Source of the DNA: Basidiobolus meristosporus CBS 931.73
Lineage: Eukaryota; Fungi; Basidiobolomycota
Length of the DNA stretch: 64,000 nt
Assembly (NCBI GenBank): GCA_002104905.1
Contig: MCFE01000050.1
Coordinates: forward strand, 62,001 to 126,000
Reading direction: 5' to 3'
The notes beneath the pieces are model-generated. The model saw nothing but the letters and a program-made list of their open reading frames with translations, searched no databases and had not been told where the DNA came from. Positions 1-10,763 of this stretch are shown one piece after another; the first letter of the stretch is position 1, and the number at the start of each line of letters is the position of its first letter. The position numbers and the translations under genes are program-made.

Positions 1-2
1 CT

Positions 3-753
3 GTCCTCAGCTTTGCCTCGTACGCTCTGCTACAGTTCGTCTACATCAACGACAAGACCCAGAGTACAGTAAGTTGACTGGCTTGGGCTGATAAGGTCGC
101 TCAGACACTCACATTCTCCCCGTATCCCTACAGATCATCCCCCAGATGTTCTTCTGCGCTGGTAAGGGCACAGTCACCCTGTATTCCCAGTCGAGCGCCC
201 ACTAACACCACTTCTGCCCCCGCAGAGACCTTTGTGCTTATCGTCTTCACCTTGGTCAACCACTTCCGCCTCCGCAAGACGTTGAGGGAGATCGACGAAT
301 CGTCCCGAGCCCGCAGAAGACTCGAAGTGTACATGAGGTTGAACCTGTATCTGGGCATCTTTATTGGTATGATGGGTATCCCGCTGGTCATCATCAACAT
401 CGATATCCTGACCGGGGCCGTCATCGCTGGTAACAAGCTGGTCACCGACCTGCTGATGAAGATCTTCAACATCGGCTTCCCGGGGGTGTTCATGTTCCTC
501 TGTATGGCGCTCTACCCTTCCAGCGACTACGCCTCCTGCTCTTGCACCGGAAACCGTAGCGCGAACCGTCGACACACTGCGCGCCAGTATGAAGATAGCG
601 GTGCCACCTCTGAGGGCCCATCCATCGTAAGCCATCCCGCTTTCGCATTCTTTTCCTGCTCACGTCTCGCTGCTAACCCATTCCCGGAACTTTTTCTAGA
701 GGGACACCAAGTGCTTGCAGCTCACCGAATCCGCCAAGTATGATGCTGTGTAG
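3..753 (+). CDS. 5'-partial spliced gene, multi-pass membrane protein (GPCR-like or other integral membrane protein); exons <3-68, 134-161, 226-626, 700-753
   Basis: Three GT-AG introns (69-133, 162-225, 627-699; 65, 64, 73 nt) with GTAAG donors, CTAAC branch sites in introns 2 and 3 and YAG acceptors join into one open frame: VLSFASYALLQFVYINDKTQST/IIPQMFFCA/ETFVLIVFTLVNHF...PSI/RDTKCLQLTESAKYDAV*. Several hydrophobic segments, C-ending codon bias. Family not recognised. Confidence 0.85.
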
Positions 754-879
754 GGGCTGAACCTTCACCCGTAAGTAATGCACCACTCAGGTCTCGGTAT
801 ACAGATAGATCCTCCCCCCCCCCACGTTGACTTCATTGGTGAAGCATACTTCCCATCAACATCCCTAGATCAGAAACTA

Positions 880-1930
880 GCGCATTTAATTTTAATAAAG
901 CCATTTCCATCTCCACAGGGCCCCTTTCGTTTCCGACCAGACATGTGTAGAACATGCATACCCTGTGGGTGGGCTCGATTAGGTCTGACTCGACCAGCCA
1001 ATGACGGGGAGGAGGAGGCCTCATCCAACACTCCAGGGTTCCTGATGCGACCAGCGTTCGTGGGATTCCTTGGTCGAACCTCGGCCAGACGTGCATCCCA
1101 CCAACCTATGGCTCCGATGCTCGACCTCGAGAAATCCCCCGGATCGGTGGTTTGGTTGGTGAGCACGAGTGTCTTCAAGATGCCGTGGAGATTGGCCAGG
1201 TGGATGGGTGCTCGCGTGCCTCTTTCGTAATCTGGCCCTGTTCTGTGATGGGATTGGGCTCCCGAGGTTGCACAGCATCTCTGCAACATTACTGGCTGCC
1301 TCCCAGGGAAATTGCCGATCAGCATGACTGCTCTGGTAGACTCACCCAGGGGCCCACCATCTCTGGAGCTACCACTGGCAAAGGCACGAGTGACTCTGCA
1401 GGGGTTGACCAGTGCGTGTGGCCAAGTGCTGGTTAGAGATCAGACCGAACGGGGCTTCAACGGTTCGAGAAATGGCTTGGATCGTTGTCATCCACATCAC
1501 CTTGAGGGGAACGGCTTGCGGTTCCGCTGATTCGCCACTTAGGGTGGACCGGTGGCAACTTCACACACCAAGGGCGTGGCCGAGTTGATTGGGACCACCC
1601 ATCGTAACCTGCGGGTTCCCAATCCAATGATGTCGCCCTCGCATCGATTCGACTCGTAGTCGGCATGTCCATGGATAGGGTCCGATCTGGGTTCGGTCCA
1701 ATTGTTGGCCGCGTCAGGCCTTGAATTTGCATTAGCCCTGCATGCTTTCCTCCGATTTCCACTCTTGGGGGATTGGTCTGCCTCCAAGCTCCTAATTTCA
1801 ACCACACGAAACCTTGCCTGTGGGTCGCCGAGTTTCGTGCGTGCGTTCCGCGGCCCATTAAGACAGTACCAGATGCGCACTGACTTCCACCGCAATGAAT
1901 TGACCGGGAGGTCGCTGGTGGGTACATGAG
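880..1930 (-). other. Possible spliced gene on the minus strand, structure unresolved
   Basis: Minus-strand GTGAGT...GCTGAT...TTGCAG candidate intron 1345-1281 (65 nt, same size as the neighbouring gene's introns), a further YAG acceptor at 1396 and a GTATGC donor near 960; open frames 870-1325 and 1021-1278. No recognisable domain. Confidence 0.3.
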
Positions 1931-2925
1931 ACGACGGCTCTAGTTCCGACGAAACCTTGATGGAAGGGTCTCAGATGAGGTATTCCATGGTCGATGTACG
2001 GTGAGTTCCACCTTCGGCCATTCTACCGGTTTGTCCCACCGTTATGGTACCACGATCCAGCTCCCCTCGTAGGTTTGGATCAGGATTTGGAGACTTGCAG
2101 TGGGATGGGTTTCAAAATCGTCAGGTGGATCGGGGTGATCCCAATAGCACCAAGCTGAAGCCCACCTTCGCCTTTGGCCTAGACACCCTGCATCGAATGA
2201 CCGTACGGAAAGATGCACGCAGGCACCTCGGTAACACACCATCAGAATCGGACTGGTGGCGTTATCGGTGATCGTGGATTATTCAGGCATGTCCGACTTA
2301 CACACATGCAGTTGGTGGTCCACAGGTACTCACACCGTAGGTGGTTAGGCCATGTTGGGTGTACTACGTGGGAATGATAGATGGAAGATACGGAAAGAGT
2401 GTGCGCATACAAAACACACCAGGCCGCCATGTATCAGCAACAGGTAGGCGGGGGGGGGGATCCAATACGGCTGGTGGGGGAATATGGGGGATCAAATTTG
2501 GTAGTCAACAAATCTCTCATCTGTCAACGAATCTTCACTGAGATCTATTCTACCAAAATCACCCATTACTTCCTGAATACCCAAGCCCTGATGGAACACA
2601 CGCCTACTTGATATCTGAAGTCCGCAACACTGGGAGCCAGGCTTGTGTGTTGATTTTCGGATCCAGAATTAGGGCCCAGAGGTGACTTTACCTATACTTT
2701 TTTCAGAGTAATAACGCTCCCAATTGGTATACCGAGTGCATATATGGGCTCCGGACTTGGTAAGGACTAATACCACAGTTATGGCAGGCCGCCACAAGAA
2801 GTTGTAAGCTTTGCGCTTACACATAAGTATCCCATTAACTTATTTACTTGGACCTTAGCTTGCAAGCCTTGGTGTTTCTTACCGGAATTCTTTGTCAAGT
2901 ATTTGCTCATTAAAATGTCAGGTCC

Positions 2926-4050
2926 TCAGTGTAGTGAGAGTTTTGGAGATGTTGGAAGTGACTGAGAGAGTGAGCGGATTAAATGACCTTCACTTAATGA
3001 TCTATTGAATGTACAAGTGGAAATGCCACTTTCACATGGTCTTAGCCAAACAATCAAACAGGATATGCTTAAGAGAGTCCCAAGAACATGATTGCAAAGA
3101 TTGGACAACTTTGGAATTTTACATCCTCCTGGCACCTATTACTTTGGTAGGTTATTTGATATCCATAAACAATACTCTGAGTTGATTTAATAGCTAGGTG
3201 TACATTACAAACATACCACACCCAAGCACCAGAATTCTCAAAGTGTCCCCAAAGCCCTAAAATCTGTACACATGCTCATGGGACTTCCCTAAGCCTTTTC
3301 CATGTTGCAAGAGTCTTGAGGACACTGGACATGATTAGGAGTACAAGTAGATTATGTGGCTTTCACCTAACAACTGAATGAATGTGTAAGTGTGATTAAT
3401 ACTTTTACATAATCTGGGAAAAAAGCACTAGCAGTATGCAAGCAAAGGTCCCAAGAAAATGCATGCAGAGTTTGCAGTATTTACACTGATCTCAGTATAT
3501 CTAGCATTCTTGGTACTTGATATTTTGGTAAGATATTTGAGGTCCCAATAAGAGGTTTGGGCATTGCACTTTTGGATTCACATATTATGATCCTAGTAAT
3601 CAAGTCACAGCAATATCCCTTGTAAGAGTATCTGGGGAAATTAGAAGTGATTTGGAGAAGAAGTAGATCATGTGGCTTAAACCTAATGACTTATTATATG
3701 AAATAATAGTACTTCCACCTTTACCCAATCCTGGCAAAAAACACACTCAAAACATGCTCAAAAAGCTCCCAAAGATTTGTGTGCAAGGCTTGAACTGGTT
3801 TAGAAAGCATTGAGATTCCAATGTCTTAGGAACTGGGTATCTTGGGGAAATGTTTTGGGTAGGTCCCAACAAAGAATATGGACAGAGATCTCCTACACTT
3901 ACAAACTTTGATTGAATGACCAGTTTGAGTGTATATTTTGGTGAAGTTTCAGAATCTACAACCCTTCTACCTGCTTGCTTTGCTAAGGTCATGTTACACC
4001 ATCAATGCACTTATTAGCTCAGTCAATCATAGAATGCAAACCCACAGTTA
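2926..4050. repeat. Cluster of about three degenerate Copia LTR fragments (-, +, -)
   Basis: Patchy similarity to the Copia LTR at 10764-11112 (e.g. AATTCTCAAAGT...CACATG...GGGAC at ~3232-3290; reverse complement of the LTR 3' end at ~2930-2965 and ~3640-3720). Confidence 0.6.
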
Positions 4051-5478
4051 ACAAGTAATTCTATTGAAGCCACTATTCTTTCAGGCTTCCATGTTAAGAC
4101 CCTTCTTCTTGACCTTCAGCCAATAACCCTGGGGCTTTGTACTATTGATGACCCACTGGCCCTGTGTGAGATAATTTGGTCCCATGGGTGAATCCAATCC
4201 AGATCAGCTGTCAAGATCCCACAATGAAGCTGCCACAATGCCAGCAGCTTGGAATTATTGACTCCCTTTTCAATCTTATGACAGGATTGTGACAGTGTTT
4301 TGCTGAGTCTACAGCTAAATATGTAAGTAAACTAGATGGTGTTTAGGCAGTACTTCAATGGGATTAGAATGACATTCAGACAGTTTTATTGCAGCCTACA
4401 CTTATTTGAGCAGACCTAACCAGCCAGTACAAGCAAATTTCATATATGGAAAAAAAACTTGACAGTATTTCAATGGCCTTGATGCAGACATCTGTTGGCA
4501 TTACAATGGCAGTGCAGCAGCCTACAGCTAGTACTGTATGATGTTACCATACCATTTTATCACACAGTATTTCCTTTTGCTATCTCCACTTGCACCATTC
4601 ATATATTCCTTTATAGAGTCACCCCAATTTATTTGCTTACTCACCACTACCATCGGTATTTCAAATATAGTTTGTATCATAAAAAGCTATGGCATCCTGC
4701 TTACTAACCTATAAATACTTGCACACCTGCTGCAATTGACATACATCTATCACCTTAAGTTTACAGCTTTTCAGTGTGACACCTGCAAAGCTGCCATATA
4801 CCTTGTATTGCCATGACAACATATACATCTTGCAAACATATTCTTGGTTGCTATCACTTTTGCCATGAATACCTCCTGAGCATCCTCAAAATACTTCTTG
4901 GTACTTGGCCAATGTATTGCTTCTGCCTGCTGGATTCTAGTCCCCCTTATATGCACACTGTAATTCTTGCTTGTATGTATTCCATATTGAATGGTGTAGA
5001 AATTGGCTTGTACACAGGAGAAACCTACCATACCCCTATGAAAAGTTATTGTAACAGATCCTGTCAAAAGGCCATCACAAAGCTAAGGTCCTGTGACTAA
5101 GAGGTAATGATCCCATCAGGACACTGTCCAGAGACTGCTGAAAAATAATTGCACCCCAGATTTCACAAAAAACTTGGTCAAAACTTTTCATCATAACAAT
5201 ATATAAGTGGTTTTTGATTGGTTCCCTGCCAATTTGTTCACTTTCTGATCCCAGTCATTCCATCACCTCCTACATTTGTGTGCATTGATTGGCTATTGCC
5301 TCTTTTTCACACTCCTTACTTCCTGACTCAACTGTTTCTCTTACTTTACATGCGTACAAATTGATTTATATCCGTTGAAACTTCAGTTGTACCTCAATTG
5401 CAATTTTATTGACCTATACAAGTCCCTATACCCTACACCAACATTAAGCCCAACCCCACACTCAGCAAGTAACTCTAT

Positions 5479-7343
5479 TCACATCCACCACTCAATATGT
5501 ATTTCTGCTGTAATGCTCTGGTTCCATAACTTTGGTGGGAACCCAACAGCTTTATGCCTCTGTTCATTCACTAGTTCCCACACATCTTGGTCTTCAGCTG
5601 GCACTGCAAGGTCTAGCACCTCATCAGCCAGTCTTTGCAATAAATCCTTGCAGTATTCAAGTGCATTTTCTTGAGCACTGCTCTTGAAGAAGTGCAGCAA
5701 TCTCTTGGTGTGCCTATTAATGCTCTAAGATTTCACTGAAGGCATTGTGCTAACCTTTTGAGTTCTTGATGTTGTAGCCTTGTCTGTCAGCAGGATCTCC
5801 ACTTGGTCAACAATGGAGGATGTGGAGGCAGTGGTAGATGAATTGCCTTTTTCTGCAAACTCATCTACCTTGCTGGAGTGTAGCTCTTCTGGCTGTGCTT
5901 ACAACTCTTGTGAAAACAGCTGTTTTCTTGTTGGTAATTCTTCTTGGCAATAATAGGATTTAGTCTGTTCTGGGCTTGTGGCATTAATTGGCAAGAACTG
6001 CAGTTTTTTTTGTATGCCTCCTTGTCTCAAGCTTGTGTAGACATGTTTCCTTTACATTTTCCTTTATCACTGCCAGGTCTTGCACTGCTACTTTTTCTGA
6101 GTGCTTCTTGTAATGAGCTACATTTTCTCCTTGATAAATTCTGCTCTGATGCATCTGTTTTGGCCTGCTTGTCCCTTGCTGGCAATCTTCTGGCAACCTG
6201 TTGTTTCTTTTCCACTTGTTTTGAGCTCTCAACTATAGTTGTGACAGGCTCCTGTAAAAGCTGCTGGTTTTTATCACTGCCAGGTCCTTCACAGCTACTT
6301 TGACTGAGTGCTTCTTGAGTGGTGCCAAGCTTTTTCCTTGATAAATGTTGTGCTGCTGCATCTGTGTCTGCCTGCTTGTCCCTAATTGACACTCTTCCAG
6401 CTACCTGACATCTCCTAGATGCTTGTCTGGAGCTTTTGGCCCTGCTTGTAACAGGCTCTTGAGGAAGCTGCTGGTTTTCAGCCATAGCACCCTTGTTCCT
6501 CTGCCTTTGATAGTTTCTGCTACTCTTAAGATACTTTCCTAGCATACCAATGCTGGCCCAAAATCCGTTTGCCTGTTTGAATCCAGGATAATGCTCACAG
6601 AACAAGTTAACTGCATTCTGCTTGGCCTTGAGTTCCTGATGGTCCCATGGTATGCTGGCCTTATGGTGATGGCATGCCAGACCTCTTACAGCCTCTTGAA
6701 TATTTGCCCACACTTTATTATTGCACTCAACAGCTTCACAGATCTTCAATGTCTTTTGATTTTTAGTCTTTGGTATACACACCACATTGTCTCCCTCCCA
6801 TGCTGTGATAGGCTTTTCTGTGGGCTTTATCTTTGGGCACTGTTGTTGTGCTTCAAAGACTGCGCAGTGTTCCTCTGCTGCTACATAGGGAAATGGCTCA
6901 ATTCCTGGCTGTGACATTGAGCTACTTGAGTTCCTTCTTTGCAGCAAAGATACTGCTTTCTCTACCTGGGATATTGGCTACTCTACACATATTATCTGCT
7001 CATCCTGTTTCTGGACTATTTCCTGATTTCTCTGGGCCATTGCATCTAACCTATCAGCCACAGCACCTAGTTGCTTCATTAATGCTGTGGTATGAGCTGA
7101 TAACATACTTGCTAATATGGGTGGTGATGATGTTATCATGGCCACTTGCTGATCTTCAACTGAGGGTACTACATTTGCTACATTCTCATCTGCCTGAGAA
7201 TAATCATCAGCTTGTGGCTCCACAGAGGTTGTCAATTGCCTACTTGACTGAGAGTCTGAGGAGTCTGCATTATTACCTTCAATGGGCATACTGTCCAAAG
7301 GGCCTTTATTGAGTGTAGCCCCCCTTGTTGCACTGAATGTCAA
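5479..7343 (-). pseudogene. Accessory ORF of the CACTA-like element, broken by stops/frameshifts
   Basis: Segments 6978-7343, 6027-6947 and 5479-5700; homologous pieces recur at ~18700-19300, ~41750-43000, ~52260-53750, 60498-61533 and 62886-63568, always within this family. Confidence 0.75.
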
Positions 7344-7847
7344 AGCAAGATGTTGTCCAACTGTTCTTCTGTTGCCATCAGCAGTGGGGTCTGGTTAAGG
7401 ACCAGACAACTTTGCTTTATTCTTTGGCAGCATATATATGGAAATGAGTCAGACCAAAGGGGAAAGAGTGTTACATAGACATGTGTATGTGGTGCCACAA
7501 CTGTATTTATAATGCTTACTATGGCAGGTCATCATTGAATCTTACATTCATGTAGGTGCAATGTCTCAAATACAAGACTGTCTTAAGTTAACATGTGCAT
7601 TGACCGAAAAGTGAAATAATAGTGTTATGTTGTTGAAGGTCAAACTGTTTGTCCCATGAACAAGACTACTTTGACTCAACACCATAAGAGAAGAGAAAAA
7701 AGACCATGTGGTTATTGTGGCAAGCCTCTCAGCCATGAAGCATGCAGACAGCATAGGAAGTATTACAAGGATCACAGCCAGTGTTTTGCCACCCAGGTCA
7801 TATTTGACCATTCATTGATCACTACTGTACCATCATTATCTTGCCAG

Positions 7848-8906
7848 TGTAGTGGGGTCACAGTGACACCCACTGACAGATGCGCTCATTCCTATATTTT
7901 CTACTTCTCTATTTTTCTACTACCCTTATTTTAGTATTATCCCATTTGTTTTACCTGATCAGTACTATCCCATAAGCTGGTTGACTATCATACCTGCTTA
8001 CCTTATTGCATAAGTTATACCCCACTTTATGTAAGATTACTAGCAGTAAGTGCTTCTATATTAGGAAAGTACCTGTGACACATGATCAACCTATGTTGCC
8101 ATCCTTACCATTTCCATACCATATAAGGTATCCCTATGTTACACAGGTTTCAGAATACTGATTCCTGATTGATTGGATGTGCTGTGCCTCTTAGAACCTT
8201 CTGGCACCTACTTAGAACATTGTTAGGTCATTCTGATGTCATTAAGATTTTGCTTGATATCCAGAACCTTCTGGAACACCATGATTAGTAATCACTTAGC
8301 CAGCAAGAAATGTATATAAGGGAGGCTATCCCTCAACAATAAATCATCATCCCTTTTATCAATATACCAACTTGTTGATTAGTGTGATCACTGCTACCTG
8401 CAGCTACCTGAACTTCCAACCCCAGACCACAGGACACTCCCAGGAAACTGCACTGACAGCCAACTGACCTTTGAGGCACCACTTGTGAGGGATACTCAGA
8501 GTGGGTATCTTTTATTATATTTAATTCTTTCCCAAGTTTGTTCTTGTACAGGCAAAGATACTTTTCTGTCTTTGTAACTATTGACCACAGCTGCATTCTT
8601 ATCAAGTCCCTGCTGGTGGAGTTTACAGTTGTTTTGACTTTGGAAGTTTTAGTACACTGGCATCTCAAAGGATGCTGAACCCAGCACATACTTTTGTTAA
8701 GACACCAACCAAGTTGGGGATTGTAGCTCAATAGTTTTCCCTTGACAAGCTTGTGGCTTTATTCCCCATCACATTAGATTAGAGACAGAACCAAAGTATT
8801 CCTTGCAAGCTCTTGCCAGAGGTTATTGCACCATGTGAACATCCCACACACAAAACACTTGAGAAGTGTTGGACGCATCTCTCCCTTTTACCTATACACC
8901 ACCACA
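7848..8906 (+). repeat. Solo LTR, Gypsy family G
   Basis: TGTAGTGGGG...CACCACCACA, 1059 bp, matches the LTRs of the 20421-31497 element; flanks CCAG / CTGG (both derivable from a CCGG TSD). Confidence 0.92.
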
Positions 8907-10763
8907 CTGGCCAGTTGATACTTCTATATTGGCACCTGGCTGTCTTTGTCACCTTGCACAAACTGAGTTGGGTGAGTTTGCAATGCCTTTAGGCTGACCT
9001 TGGCCTTCTGAATATGACATGCAGAGTGATAGCTATGACAAAGAAGGTTCACTGATCAATTTTGAGCCTATCTCCCCTAACAACAGCACCATGTATGAGC
9101 CTGGTCAAATCCCCATATGCAATGAGACAACACCCATTGAAACAAATGCCAAGGATACTTTATGGAGCCAAGTGAGCCCAGTAATCCATTGGATGGTGAA
9201 TGATGTAATGATGTGGCTAGAGAAGTGGCGCGTCTCAACTACTATCAGTAATGGGGGCTTTGAGGATTTATCACTACTACTTGCCAAAATCATACCAGGA
9301 TGCAACTTACCATATACACGGTACAAGTGGACAACCATTATGCGGCTGGCAACATATGATCCAGACACTGTCCTGATTCCAGCATGTGTTAACAATTGCA
9401 TGGCATTCACATCCAAAAATGCTACCATTGCAACATGTGTAAATTGTCAGGAATCCACCACTATTGAGGGAAAACATTGTTCACACTCCAGATATATTCT
9501 GGTCATACCCCTTCTGAGGAAGCTGATGCAGTCCAACAAATATTGCAAAGCTCTACAGTACCACACCTAGTATCAATCAAGAGCAAACATATAGAATATA
9601 TTTGATGGCAGACATTACAAACAGCTAAGAAGCAAGGGCTACTTTGGAGATATGTATGACCATGCCTTTGCTTTAGCACTTGATGGATTCTCATCAAACA
9701 AGTACACTACCAGCAAATCCTGCTGGCCACTGATTCTCATCAATCTGAATCTGCTACCCATCTTATGGTATCAGAGCAATAATCTGATGGTAGTCTCACT
9801 GGTATCTGGGCATAAATCACTGTACAACCTGGATAGCTACCTGTATCCATTGCTGGATGAGTTTAGTATGCTTTTCAGCAGGATAACAGTAAATGACAGT
9901 CATGTAAAAGCATATATTATTATCTGCATTGGAGATACCCCAGCCATCAGCAAGATAGCAGGTTTTTCTGGGCACAATGGACAGTATTGCTGTCAAATGT
10001 GTGAGATCCAGGGGATCTACTCCATCACTCACACATATTATTATTACCCAAGCACCAGCACTAAGAACATCTTCTTTCCACAGAGAGAATGTACAGAAGT
10101 AAGCATGCAATTGAAACAAAGTTGACAAGCTATAAGCCATTGGCCAGAATAGGGAATCAATTGGAAACTGGAGAAACTTAAGATAGAGGGTATCTGTTGG
10201 AGCAAAAGCTTTCCACTGGGAGCAATGCATTTGCTTTTCAACAATATCTCAATACTAATGACCAAGTTGTACATGGTGTATTTCAAGCTAAATAAGCCCT
10301 TTGAGATACCAGAAAAATTTGAAAGAATTGACAAAATATTACAGAGTATCTGCTACCCTAAGTACTTCCCACAGGCTCCAATTAATATTCATATGCATAT
10401 GCAACAGTACAAATGCAAAGACTGGATGAGCTGGTTATATATTTATTTAAGTGGTGTTCTGAAGCTATTCCTACAAAGAGTACATTGGAAGGATTGGGAG
10501 TCATATGTGGACATTGTAGAAATATTTATCCAGAAGTGGATCACCAATGCCAACTTGATACATCCACTGCTGTTGTGTGAGGAGTTGGTGACAGGATTTG
10601 AGCAGCAATCCAACAAACATAAAGCTGAATGCATAGATCTCTGCCACTACTGTATCCATTCTCTACTCCATCTTGCATGGTGTATGGATAATATTGGGCC
10701 TTGCTTCACCTTTTGGGAGTTTCCTATGGAGCGGTGTGGTGGTGTATAAATCCAAGGGAGAGA

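Noticed and set aside
128-635. Minus-strand ORFs of 121 and 153 aa
   Set aside because: Antisense shadows of the GC-rich spliced plus-strand gene; they run through its introns.
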